The notes under the pieces were generated by a model. The model ran no database searches. It was not told the DNA's origin and saw only the letters and a list, made by a program, of their open reading frames with translations. From Thermoplasmata archaeon (GTDB lineage: Archaea; Thermoplasmatota; Thermoplasmata; Lutacidiplasmatales; UBA184), in assembly GCA_030038095.1 (NCBI GenBank), contig JASHPK010000060.1:24799-88798 (forward strand): DNA of 64,000 nucleotides, given 5' to 3'. The position numbers and the translations under genes are program-made. This document shows positions 26,393-35,900 of the stretch, one piece after another; the first letter of the stretch is position 1; each line of letters opens with the position of its first letter.

Positions 26393-28507
26393 ATGGCCGC
26401 GGAGGAGAGCGCCGGTCGGCGCCCGGGCGGCTGGCGCCTCGCGGACTCGACGTCCGCCTATCTCCGCAGCGCCGCCGGCCAGACGATCGACTGGCATCCC
26501 TGGGGCCCCGAGCCGTTCGAGATCGCGAAGCGGACCCGGCGTCCGATCCTGCTCGACATCGGCGCGTCCTGGTGCCACTGGTGCCACGTGATGGATGAAG
26601 GCACCTACTCCGACCCCGAGGTCGCCCGTCTCCTGACCCAGAATTTCGTGGCTGTGAAGGTCGATCGCGACGAGCGTCCCGAGGTCGACCGACGGTATCA
26701 GCGCCAGGTCGGCGCGCTCACCGGGGAGGGCGGGTGGCCCCTCACCGGATTCCTGACCGCCGACGGCGCCGTGTTCCTCGGGGGGACGTACTTCCCCCCG
26801 ACCGACGGCCACGGGCGGCCCGGCTTCCGTCGCGTGCTCGAGGAGGTCGCCCGTCTCTGGCGGGAAGAACCCGAGCGGATCCAGCAGAACGCCCGGGCGA
26901 TCCAGGAGGCGCTCGGCCGCCTGCGCTCCGCTCGGGAACGGGCACCGGCGGGTCTCGAAGGGTTCGTGGGCCAGGTCCGCTCCGCGCTCCTCGCGAGCTA
27001 CGATCCGGTCCATGGGGGCTTCGGCCTCGCCCCGAAGTTCCCGCACCCGACGGTCGTGTCGCTGCTTCTGTGGGACGGGTACGCGAATCGTTCTCCCGAG
27101 AGCGAGGCCCGGGCCCGCGAAACCCTGGAGCGGATGGCGGATGGGGGACTGTACGATCAGATCGGGGGCGGATTCCATCGCTACTCGGTCGACGAAGGCT
27201 GGCATGTCCCTCACTTCGAGAAGATGGGCGTCGACAACGCGGCGCTGCTCGGGGCGTACCTCGAGGGAATGCAGCGCTTCGCGAGCGACCGGTTCGAGGA
27301 GGTCGTTCGGGGAACGATTGGCTGGGTGCGCGAGAGCCTGGCCGACCCGGCGGGGGGGTTCGGGGCGAGCCAGGACGCCGACAACGCCCCGGGGGACGAC
27401 GGGAACTACTTCACCTGGTCCCGCGCCGAACTCAAGTCGGTCCTCGAACCCGAGGAGCTCCGGCTCGTCAGCCGGTACTTCGGCCTAGGCACCGAGGGCC
27501 GGATGCCGCACGACCCGGATCGGAACGTCCTCTACCGGCTGTTGCCGCTCGGGGAGGCCGCGGCGGGTCTCTCCCTGCCGGCCGGACCCCCGGCGGCGCT
27601 CGCGGGCGCGGTCGAGAAGATGCGAGCCGCGAGGGCGCTCCGCCGAGCTCCCGCGGTAGACCGCGCCCTCTACGCGGACATCAACGGACGGTTCATCGGC
27701 GCTTTCGCGAGGGCGGGGGCGGCCCTCGGAGACCCGACCGTCATCGCGGACGCGCGCCGGGCGGCCGACCGCTTCCTTCAGGGGGCCTACCGCCCCGGCC
27801 ACGGTGTCGCCCACCACCTCGAGCCGTCCGGCCCGACCGGCTTCGGTCTCCTCGAGGACCAGGTCGCCTTCGCCGGCGGTCTCCTCGAGCTCGCGGCCGT
27901 TCTCGCCGATCCGAAGTACCTCACGCCGGCGATCGACCTCCTCGAGGCGGTCGACCGGGAGTTCCGCGGGGAGGACGGGCTTCTGCGCGACCTGTGCCCG
28001 CGCCTCTACGACGGTCCCGCCCTGCCGGCGCTGTCGGAGCCTTCGTATCCGCTCGAGGACAGTCCGCACCTCTCGGCCAACGCCGGAGCGATGCTCGCCT
28101 TCCTGCGGTTGTCGGCCCTCGTCCACGACGAGAAGTGGCGGGAGAAGACGCTCGCGCTCCTCCCGCCGATCGTGGCCCGGATCGGCGGCGCGGGGGTGTT
28201 CGCCGCCGGGTCCGCGCTCGCCGCCGGGCTGACCTACACGGACCCGGTCTCCGTGGTCGTCGAAGGGAGCGGTCCGGGAGCGGCGGAGCTCGTCCGCGCC
28301 GCTCGTCGCTGCTGGCATCCGAGTCTCCTCGTGTTCGACGGACGTCCTCCCGCCCCATTCTCTCTGCCGGAGGAGATACCGGCCTCGACCTCCGGGCCCG
28401 AGGCCCGTGCCCTCGTCTGCTTCGCCCGCTCGTGCGCCCCGCCCGTGACGAAGGCGTCCGAGCTCGCGGCGGTGATCAGCTCGGCGGGACGGGACCGTCC
28501 CAACTAG
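26393..28507 (+). CDS. YyaL/SSP411-type thioredoxin-domain protein with (alpha/alpha)6 domain
   Basis: WCHWCHVM, KVDRDERPEVD, GGWPLT, GGFG.APKFP, GGGFHRYSVD, PHFEKM. Confidence 0.92.
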   Translation: MAAEESAGRRPGGWRLADSTSAYLRSAAGQTIDWHPWGPEPFEIAKRTRRPILLDIGASWCHWCHVMDEGTYSDPEVARLLTQNFVAVKVDRDERPEVDRRYQRQVGALTGEGGWPLTGFLTADGAVFLGGTYFPPTDGHGRPGFRRVLEEVARLWREEPERIQQNARAIQEALGRLRSARERAPAGLEGFVGQVRSALLASYDPVHGGFGLAPKFPHPTVVSLLLWDGYANRSPESEARARETLERMADGGLYDQIGGGFHRYSVDEGWHVPHFEKMGVDNAALLGAYLEGMQRFASDRFEEVVRGTIGWVRESLADPAGGFGASQDADNAPGDDGNYFTWSRAELKSVLEPEELRLVSRYFGLGTEGRMPHDPDRNVLYRLLPLGEAAAGLSLPAGPPAALAGAVEKMRAARALRRAPAVDRALYADINGRFIGAFARAGAALGDPTVIADARRAADRFLQGAYRPGHGVAHHLEPSGPTGFGLLEDQVAFAGGLLELAAVLADPKYLTPAIDLLEAVDREFRGEDGLLRDLCPRLYDGPALPALSEPSYPLEDSPHLSANAGAMLAFLRLSALVHDEKWREKTLALLPPIVARIGGAGVFAAGSALAAGLTYTDPVSVVVEGSGPGAAELVRAARRCWHPSLLVFDGRPPAPFSLPEEIPASTSGPEARALVCFARSCAPPVTKASELAAVISSAGRDRPN

Positions 28508-29279
28508 GCAGGGCTCCGAGATCCGTTCCGTCGAGCAGGTACGCTCGGGGAACCCCGCCGGACAGGAACCGTCGGTACAGGAACGAACGGCTCCGCGCCG
28601 GGCGCGAGCGGTTCAAGGCCTCGGTGCCGGCGAGGGGATTGAACGCCGGCAGGATGACGATCTCCCGGGCCCGGAGCGCCGAGTGCTTACGTCGGCGTCG
28701 GGGGCCCGGGACCGGCGGCGGCAGCTCAAGGCGCACCCAGCACCGCCGCTTTCCGGACGGGTCGTCCCGCGTGGGCGCGAGTCGGAACCCCGGGTGCAGA
28801 TGGCCCGCGACGAGGTGGGGCCGGCCCAGCACGGCGTTCGACGGCCAGCGGTGCCCGTGGAAGATCCCGACCCGGCCCCGCACGAGCCCGGACGGCGGGT
28901 GGACCACGACCTCGCGCGGCAGGAAGCGGACCAGCCCCACGTCGTGGTTCCCGAGGACGACCTCGACCCGGAGGCCGGAGGAGAGAAGGTCGGAGAAGAA
29001 CCGGAACACCACCGGGCGGAGCGCGGGGGGCGTCCCGACGATCGGATGCTTCACGTCCCCGGCAACGATCACGTCCCCCGCCGCGACCGAGCGCGCGGCC
29101 TCGATCACATCGGACGCGAGGCGTTCGGGAGCGCCCTCGGGAGGTCCGGCCGGCCGGTCGTGGGTCCCTCCAAGCCCGAGATGAAGGTCCGCGAGCACGA
29201 TCGCCTTGGCCCGTTCGGCCCCCGACTCGTCCACGAGCAGGAGGGGGACGTCGGGGAGAGGGCGCAGGGGGCTCTCCAC
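28476..29279 (-). CDS. Metallophosphoesterase (ICC-like)
   Basis: ADLHLG, GDVKH, GNHD, HGH, GHLHP, PAFN. Confidence 0.88.
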   Translation of the reverse strand: MESPLRPLPDVPLLLVDESGAERAKAIVLADLHLGLGGTHDRPAGPPEGAPERLASDVIEAARSVAAGDVIVAGDVKHPIVGTPPALRPVVFRFFSDLLSSGLRVEVVLGNHDVGLVRFLPREVVVHPPSGLVRGRVGIFHGHRWPSNAVLGRPHLVAGHLHPGFRLAPTRDDPSGKRRCWVRLELPPPVPGPRRRRKHSALRAREIVILPAFNPLAGTEALNRSRPARSRSFLYRRFLSGGVPRAYLLDGTDLGALPSWDGPVPPS

Positions 29280-29408
29280 GGCCCCCGAGAGGGGCGGGTG
29301 GGGTTAGCGATTGCGCGGGACTGGGGCGGGGAACATCGACGCCCCTCCGAGGAAGCGAACCGTTCCTATTTATATACGAGCGATAACTCAAATCCGGCGG
29401 GGGCGTCG

Positions 29409-30410
29409 ATGCCGCGATCTCGGGAGGGCTGGATCGACCAGATCCGGCAGATGCTCGAGCGGTCGGGGTTCTACGTCGCGGACACGCGCGGGGTCCGGCC
29501 GTCGAGCTTCGACCTCGCCGCGCGCCGGGACGCGACCCTCCTCCTCGTGAAGGTGCTCAAGAACATCGACGCGCTCGACGCCGAGGAGGCGCGCCGCCTC
29601 CTCGAGCTCGGGGACCTTTTCCCCGCGATCGTCCTTGTGATCGGGCAGACCTCGGGGGCCTCCGAGCTCGAGGCCGGGGTCGTCTACACGCGCTACGGCG
29701 TGCCGATCATCACCGACGAGACGTTCCAGGAGTACCTGGAGAAGGCGCTCCCCCCGTTCCTCTACGCGAGCCCCGGGGGTACCTTCGCCCGGATCGACGG
29801 CGCCCGGCTCCATCTCCTCCGCCTCGAGCGGCAGCTCTCCCTCGGGACCCTGGCGGCGATCGCGGGCGTGTCCCGCCGGGCGATCCAGCTGTACGAGGAC
29901 GGGGCCGGCGCCGAGGCGAGCGTGATCGACCGGATCGAAGAGTACCTGGGCGAACCGATCGTGCGGCCGATCGACCTGTTCGAGCTCCCGGACCGGGCGA
30001 CTCCCGCGAACGAGGGCGAGGAGGCTCCGAGCGGCGAGGAGACCGGTGCCCCGCGCCGGGGACGCTCGGCCCCGCGGCCCACGGGCGACTCCCTCCGGGA
30101 CGGGGTCCTCGAGCAGCTCGACGGGATGGGCCTCGAGGTGGTCGTAACGGTACGGGCCCCGTTCGACGCGTTCACGCGGACGCCCGAGATCCTGCTCACG
30201 GCCATGGGGAGCCTGCGGAGCGCGCTCCACCGGGCGCAGGTCCTTCACGGGCTCGCCCGCGTCTCGGAGGGCCACGCCATGTTCGTGGTGCGGGAGCCGT
30301 TCCATCGTCCCTCGATCGCCGGACTCCCCATCCTCAACGTCACCGAGCTGCGCCGCCACCGGGATCGGGACGACCTCCTCACCGAGATCTCGGAGCGGGA
30401 AGGCCCGTGA
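29409..30410 (+). CDS. Archaeal HTH (XRE-like) transcriptional regulator, COG1395-type
   Basis: SFDLAARR, KVLKNID, SPGG, LAAIAGVSRRAIQLYEDG HTH, APFDA; TTTATATA at 29369-29376. Confidence 0.85.
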   Translation: MPRSREGWIDQIRQMLERSGFYVADTRGVRPSSFDLAARRDATLLLVKVLKNIDALDAEEARRLLELGDLFPAIVLVIGQTSGASELEAGVVYTRYGVPIITDETFQEYLEKALPPFLYASPGGTFARIDGARLHLLRLERQLSLGTLAAIAGVSRRAIQLYEDGAGAEASVIDRIEEYLGEPIVRPIDLFELPDRATPANEGEEAPSGEETGAPRRGRSAPRPTGDSLRDGVLEQLDGMGLEVVVTVRAPFDAFTRTPEILLTAMGSLRSALHRAQVLHGLARVSEGHAMFVVREPFHRPSIAGLPILNVTELRRHRDRDDLLTEISEREGP

Positions 30411-31060
30411 TCTCCGCCCGGATCGCGCACGACGGCGACCTCCTCCTGATTGCCCCGGTGCGGGGGCTCGCGAGCGAGGCGGATCGGCTCCTCGCCGAGC
30501 TCGAGGCGTACGGCCCGACGGTCGTCGGATTCGGTCTGTCTCCCGAGGAGCTCCGGGGGCTCACCGAGTACTTCGTCCGGGCCGACGCCGAGCCGGTCGT
30601 GCCGCTCACCGGCAACGAAACGGCGGAGGTCCGGGGGCTCGTGCGGTTCGGCGAGGCGCGGGTGCCGAACCCGGCGACGGTGGAGGGCCTGCGCTGGGCC
30701 GCGGCCCGGTCGCTCCCGGCCGAACCGCTCGACCCGAGCGACGACCGGGCCGCGAGCCTTTTTGCCGAGCACATCGGCTACGTCGAGCTGGTGCGCCGGA
30801 CGGTGCGCGAGCGCCGCGTCGCGCGGAACCCCCCGACCCCGTCCACGCCCGACGAGTTCGCCCTCGCCTGGGACCGGGAGATCGCCCGCGGCGCCGGCTC
30901 GAGGGCGCTCGCCACCGCGCGGAACCGACACCTCGTCCGTCAGGCCCGGGCGCTCGTCGAGCGCGGGGGCCGCGTCGCGGTGGTGGTCGACCGAGAGCGG
31001 TTCGACGGGGTGCGCGGGCTCTTTGAGGGCCCCCTGCCGCCCGAGATGGGCGACGCCTGA
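30407..31060 (+). CDS. Hypothetical protein, possibly a degenerate TraB/GumN-fold
   Basis: Overlaps the upstream stop (GTGA); layout resembles TraB/GumN (see findings). Confidence 0.6.
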   Translation: MISARIAHDGDLLLIAPVRGLASEADRLLAELEAYGPTVVGFGLSPEELRGLTEYFVRADAEPVVPLTGNETAEVRGLVRFGEARVPNPATVEGLRWAAARSLPAEPLDPSDDRAASLFAEHIGYVELVRRTVRERRVARNPPTPSTPDEFALAWDREIARGAGSRALATARNRHLVRQARALVERGGRVAVVVDRERFDGVRGLFEGPLPPEMGDA

Positions 31061-31090
31061 GCTCGGAAACGGCGCGGACCCTTCGCGCGT

Positions 31091-31633
31091 CTAGTCCTCG
31101 CGGGCGAGGATCCGCTCGAGCATCGCGCGCGCGTTCCGGCGGAACTCCTCGAGGCTCCCCTCGTTGACCAGCATCCCGTCCGTCAGCGCGAAGGCGTTCC
31201 CGATCCCCCACTTGAGCTCGCGGCGGTCCCGATCGTAGAAGTCCTGGAGCGCCGCCCCGTCATCGTTCCGCCCGCGCGCGGTCATCCGGGCGTGCCGCGT
31301 CTCGGGGGAAGCGAAGATGCCGAGCACGAAGAGGTCGCCGAAGTGGTGGCGAAAGACCGTCACCTCGCTGTCGGAGCGGCAGCCGTCGACGAGCATTCGG
31401 GTCTCGGTCAGCTTCGGGAGGGCCCGCTGCGCCCAGATCGCCGGGCCGTGCCGATCGCGTTCCTCCGAAGCGACGCGGCCGACGTTCGCCGCGGTGAGCG
31501 GCAGGCCCCGCCGTCGGGTCTCGTCGCGGACGAGGTCGCCCATCTTGAGGGTCGCGAGGCCCATCGAGCGCGCGACGGTCACGAGCTCGTCCTTGCCCGA
31601 ACCGGGCATGCCGACTGTGACGATGAGTTTCAT
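31091..31633 (-). CDS. P-loop NMP-kinase-like protein (UPF0200 / dephospho-CoA kinase-like)
   Basis: GMPGSGK, MGDLVR, DGCRS, RGRND, RDRREL..GIG, NEGSL. Confidence 0.85.
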   Translation of the reverse strand: MKLIVTVGMPGSGKDELVTVARSMGLATLKMGDLVRDETRRRGLPLTAANVGRVASEERDRHGPAIWAQRALPKLTETRMLVDGCRSDSEVTVFRHHFGDLFVLGIFASPETRHARMTARGRNDDGAALQDFYDRDRRELKWGIGNAFALTDGMLVNEGSLEEFRRNARAMLERILARED

Positions 31634-32253
31634 GGGGAGCGTTGGGGCGAGTCGGACGTCCCCGCCGACGCCGCCGCCCCGGATTTCAAGTGGGCCGCGA
31701 CGTCCGTCTCGGTGACGAGCTGGAGCCGGTCCGCCCGCTGGCGATAGGCGGCCGCCTCCTGCTCGGCGAGCCGTGCGACTTCGTGGTATCGATCGACCTT
31801 TACCTTGAGCTCCGCGGTCTTCTGGGTCTTGGTCGCTGCGCGCAGCTCGAGGGCCCGCGCCTTCTGCTGGCGGTCGACGACCTTCTGTTGCATCTTGCGC
31901 ACGCGATAATGCAGGTTCGTCACGTCCGAACCGATCGCCGTGCCCCCGGGACGGTTGGTCGCGGCTTCGATGTCGCGCTCGTGCTGCTTGATCTCCTGCT
32001 CGATCTCGGGGATCTCGGCGAGCACCCGCTGGCTCTTCTCCCGCAGGAGCGTCGCCTGATGCCGCAGCTTCTCGATCCGGGTGTTGAGACGCGCGACCCG
32101 CTGCTGCGCCCGCGCGGCCGCCCGGTCGTGCCGGGCCGCCAATTCCCGGAGCTTCGTGATGTCCGCGTACTGCTGCCCGATCCAGCGGGATTGGCGGGCC
32201 GCGAGCGGAGTGGCGGGGGCCGAGGGAGGGAGGTTGCCGCCGCCGGTCGCCAT
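31630..32253 (-). CDS. Coiled-coil hypothetical protein
   Basis: Two long heptad-rich helices separated by RPGGTAIGS; ATG about 28 nt after an AT-rich element; ATGA overlap with next gene. Confidence 0.75.
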   Translation of the reverse strand: MATGGGNLPPSAPATPLAARQSRWIGQQYADITKLRELAARHDRAAARAQQRVARLNTRIEKLRHQATLLREKSQRVLAEIPEIEQEIKQHERDIEAATNRPGGTAIGSDVTNLHYRVRKMQQKVVDRQQKARALELRAATKTQKTAELKVKVDRYHEVARLAEQEAAAYRQRADRLQLVTETDVAAHLKSGAAASAGTSDSPQRSP

Positions 32254-32321
32254 TGGAGAGATGTTACCGGTCCGCGAGATATATGAGTTCCTTCCGGCCG
32301 GCGGAGGGGGTCGACCGAGCG

Positions 32322-33827
32322 CTAGGCCCGGGCCGGCCACGGTAGGAGGAGCGCCGGCGCGATTCGGCCGGCGAGCTCGCCGACGGGCCACCGGCTCTGG
32401 GTCCGCCCGTCGCGTTCGCGCAGGGTGACCGTGCCGTGCTCCGGGCCGGTCCCCACCGTACCCCCGTCGACGGTGACGCAGAACGGCGTCCCCGCCTCGT
32501 CCATCCGCGCGTAGCGCTTGCCGATCGTCCCGGTGTCGTCGTACCCGACCGGGATCCCGTGCGCCGCGAGGTCGTTCGCGATCCGTACGGCCTCGCTCCC
32601 GTGCTCCTTCGGGATGAGGGGGAATACGCCGACCGCGACCGGCGCGAGGTACGGCGGGAGCCGCCAGACCGTCCGCTCCCCGTCCTTCGCGATCAGCAGA
32701 TCGGCCGTCGCCCAGACGTTCCGGTCGACGCCGAACGTCAGTTCGAGGACGTGGGGCAGGACCCGGGTCCCGCCGGTGAGCGTGACCGTGAAGTCCTTGC
32801 CCGCTCCCTGCCCGTGGCGGGTCAGGTCGTAGTCGCCCCGGTAGTGCACCGCCCCGAGTTCCTTGTAGCCGGCAAGGCTCTCCACGTGGACCTCGATGTC
32901 GAACTGGATCCGGTTGTAGAAGGCGCGCTCCGTGTCCGATTTCTCGAAGAAGCGGATCCGGTCCCCCGGATACCGCAGCACATCGCGGAAGAACCGGAAC
33001 GTGTGGACCATGTGGTAGACGTAGAACTCCGGGAGGTTCCCCTTCCCCACGAGCTCCGCGGCCGTCACCCACTCGGGGCTCTCCTCCCCGGCCTCGCGTC
33101 GCGGCACCCGGAGGACCGGGAGCCGCTCCTCGCGCACGGCGTCGAACGGCACGGGAAGTCCCCGGGGATCGAAGAAGATCTGCAGTTCCGCCTGCGTGAA
33201 GGCACGCAGGCGGAACAGGACCTGGCGGGGCGCGATCTCGTTCCGGTACGCCTTCCCGACCACCGCGATCCCGAGGGGGAGCGCGTGGCGGCCGACGTCC
33301 CACATGCGGGCGAAGGCGAGGTAGCTCGATTGGGCGGTCTCGGGCCGCAGGTACGCGCGCTCGTGGCCGGTGACGCCGTAGTCGAGGCCGAACATCAGAT
33401 TGAACGGCGGCGGGACGGACAGTTCGCTCGAGCCGCAGTGGGGGCAGTGGACCCGGTTCGCGTGCACGATCGCGGCGATCTCCGCGGCGGTGAGCCCGTC
33501 AACTCCGTCGGGACGGATCTTCTCGAGGACCGTGTCGGCCCGGAACGCAGAATGGCAGGCGTCGCACACGACCTCGGGGTCGGTGAAATTCTCAAGGTGC
33601 CCCGAGGCCCGGACGACCGCTTCGGGCAGGATCTCCGCCGGGTCGATGAGGTAGTAGTCGTTCGACAGGCCGAGGAACCAGGTCGTCCACGCCTCCTCGA
33701 TTCGGCGCTTCAGGCGCGCCCCGAGGGGGCCGTAGTCGTAGAGGCCCTGCGCCCCCCCGTAGATCTCCGCGGTCGGCCACAATACGCCGCGGCGGCGCAA
33801 CAGCGCGAACAGCTCGTCGCTCTTCAT
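32322..33827 (-). CDS. glyS: Glycine-tRNA ligase (alpha2, archaeal/eukaryotic type)
   Basis: YDYGPLG, ASGH..FTD, YLRPETAQ, RNEIAPRQ..RLRAF.QAE, anticodon domain GKRYARMDEAGTP. Confidence 0.96.
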   Translation of the reverse strand: MKSDELFALLRRRGVLWPTAEIYGGAQGLYDYGPLGARLKRRIEEAWTTWFLGLSNDYYLIDPAEILPEAVVRASGHLENFTDPEVVCDACHSAFRADTVLEKIRPDGVDGLTAAEIAAIVHANRVHCPHCGSSELSVPPPFNLMFGLDYGVTGHERAYLRPETAQSSYLAFARMWDVGRHALPLGIAVVGKAYRNEIAPRQVLFRLRAFTQAELQIFFDPRGLPVPFDAVREERLPVLRVPRREAGEESPEWVTAAELVGKGNLPEFYVYHMVHTFRFFRDVLRYPGDRIRFFEKSDTERAFYNRIQFDIEVHVESLAGYKELGAVHYRGDYDLTRHGQGAGKDFTVTLTGGTRVLPHVLELTFGVDRNVWATADLLIAKDGERTVWRLPPYLAPVAVGVFPLIPKEHGSEAVRIANDLAAHGIPVGYDDTGTIGKRYARMDEAGTPFCVTVDGGTVGTGPEHGTVTLRERDGRTQSRWPVGELAGRIAPALLLPWPARA

Positions 33828-34918
33828 GCTCCGCCCTGGGGTGGCGCGCGGCGGGTCCCGAACCGGAGGATAAGGTGTTCGGTGGTTCGGGTTACCACCT
33901 GGTAGGCCGGATCGTCCGAGGGGAGCCGGAGAACGAGCGGGCGCACCTCGGTCCCGGGAGCGACGCGGGCCGCCCCGGGCACGCCGAGCCATTTCCACGG
34001 CTCGACGAGCGCCGCGCCGGCGAGATAGAGTGCCGATACCGGTCGGTGGCGCAGGCGGCTCCCCACGTAGGCGAACTCGAGCTCCCGCCAGATGGACGGC
34101 GAGTGGAACATCGCGTTGTCCGTCCCGAGGAAGAGCGTGACCCCGAGCCGCTCCATCGCTCGGAGGTCGGGCTGTCGGCCGAACAGGGCGTTCGATCGGG
34201 GGCACACCGCGACGGGGACGCCGGCCCGCTCTACGGCAGCGAGGTCGTCCCGGGTGGCCTCGGTCAGGTGGACCAGGAGGTCGGGCCGGGGCTCGAGGTA
34301 GGCGGTCGGGTCCTCCCGCGCCGCCTCGCTCGCGTGGAGCGCGAACGGCTTGCGTCGGGTCCGGCAGGCACGCGCGACGGCCCGGCGCGTCTCTACGGTC
34401 TCATCGCGAGCGCTCGAGAGCCCGATCCCGTCCGCGACCCGCAGGACCTCCGCGAGCTCGTCTCGGTCGATCGGACGAGCCAGAGGGCGGCCGAGGATCA
34501 CCGTCCGGACCCCCGAGGCGCGGGCCGCCGACCTCAGCAGTCGCACGCCGTCGCGGCCTTCCTCCCGGAAGTCGATCGTGACCGCGACCCCGGCGCGCTG
34601 CATCCGAGCGAGCGCAGCCCGCATCGCGCGGATCTTTTCCGATGGCGGCGTCGTGGCGAGCAGCCGGAACTTGTATCCGTGCGGGGGCTGGACGAGCCGC
34701 GCGAGGGGACCGGGCGGGGGTTCGCGCGTCGACATCGCGTCCCCGAGATGGGTGTGACCGTTGACGGGGGACGGGATGACGATCCCCGAGATTCGGCGCT
34801 CCCGTCCGTGCGAGGAGTCGGTGCCCCGCGCTCCGGTCTCGACCACGCGGCCCTCGCGGAGGCGGACATACGCGGCCCGGGGCCCGTCGGCGTCCAGGAT
34901 CGCCCCCTCGACCAGCAT
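33824..34918 (-). CDS. Amidohydrolase-family metal-dependent deaminase
   Basis: NGHTHLGD, LHASE, VHLT, CPRSN, LGTDN. Confidence 0.85.
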   Translation of the reverse strand: MLVEGAILDADGPRAAYVRLREGRVVETGARGTDSSHGRERRISGIVIPSPVNGHTHLGDAMSTREPPPGPLARLVQPPHGYKFRLLATTPPSEKIRAMRAALARMQRAGVAVTIDFREEGRDGVRLLRSAARASGVRTVILGRPLARPIDRDELAEVLRVADGIGLSSARDETVETRRAVARACRTRRKPFALHASEAAREDPTAYLEPRPDLLVHLTEATRDDLAAVERAGVPVAVCPRSNALFGRQPDLRAMERLGVTLFLGTDNAMFHSPSIWRELEFAYVGSRLRHRPVSALYLAGAALVEPWKWLGVPGAARVAPGTEVRPLVLRLPSDDPAYQVVTRTTEHLILRFGTRRAPPQGGA

Positions 34919-35002
34919 GGGCGCCGAAGCAGGGCGCTCGGCCCTTAAGGGGGAGGGGCGCCCCTCCCGAAGGGCTATCCGACCCGACGGCTCGGGGCGA
35001 GG

Positions 35003-35893
35003 GTGGCCCCGACCTCGGTCCCCCACGAGCGGCCCCGTGACCTCCTCGTCGCCGGTCACGTGAACGTCGACCGGTTCCTCGATCTCCGCGAGTTCCCGGC
35101 GCCGGACCGAACCGTGCCGATCCGATCGATCCGCGAGAAGCTCGGCGGAACCGCGACGAATCTCGCGCTCGTCGCCTCCAGCTACGGAGTCGCCTCGGGC
35201 CTCGTGGCCCGGATCGGCGACGGGTTCCCGGCGTCGTTCCGGGCCGAGCTCACCGCGTCGGGGATCGATCTGCGGGGCCTCGAGGTGGTTCGGGGGGTCT
35301 CCACCCCCACCTGCTTCATCCTCGAGGACGAGGCCCGGCACCAGCGCACCCTCATCGACCAGGGACCGATGCAGGACGCCCGTGACGCTCGGCTGCCCGG
35401 CGCCTGGCTCCGCGAGTACGCCTGGCTGCACCTGACGACCGGCGACCCCGAGTTCCAGCTGCGCCTGCTCGATCGCGCCCACCGGGCCGGGCTCCGGGTC
35501 TCCGCCGATCCCGCCCAGGAGATCCACTACCGGTGGGACCGGCGACGGTTCCGCGAGCTTCTCGCCGGCTCGGAGATCCTCTTTGGGAACCGTTCCGAGA
35601 TCGACCACGCGGTCGCGCTCGTCGAGGGAGTGGATCCGCGAGCGCTCCTCGAGCGGGTACCGATGGTGATCCGCACCGAGGGCGACCGGGGCGCCACCGC
35701 CTTCACCCGCGTCGGTACGACGCACGTGCCCGCGGTCCGGGTGCGAACGAAGGCCTCTGCGGTGGGGGCCGGCGAGGCGTTCCGGGGTGGGTTCTTCGCC
35801 GGTTGGTTCGAGGGGGAGCCGTTGCGGGCGTCCCTCGTGGGTGGAACGAGAGCCGCGGCGCGTTGGATCCGGCGCGCGGGCACCGGGAAGTGA
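35003..35893 (+). CDS. PfkB/ribokinase-family (nucleoside kinase-like) protein with variant GAGE motif
   Basis: GHVNVD, GGTATN, DPAQ, NRSE, GAGEAFRGGF. Confidence 0.85.
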   Translation: MAPTSVPHERPRDLLVAGHVNVDRFLDLREFPAPDRTVPIRSIREKLGGTATNLALVASSYGVASGLVARIGDGFPASFRAELTASGIDLRGLEVVRGVSTPTCFILEDEARHQRTLIDQGPMQDARDARLPGAWLREYAWLHLTTGDPEFQLRLLDRAHRAGLRVSADPAQEIHYRWDRRRFRELLAGSEILFGNRSEIDHAVALVEGVDPRALLERVPMVIRTEGDRGATAFTRVGTTHVPAVRVRTKASAVGAGEAFRGGFFAGWFEGEPLRASLVGGTRAAARWIRRAGTGK

Positions 35894-35900
35894 AGATCCG

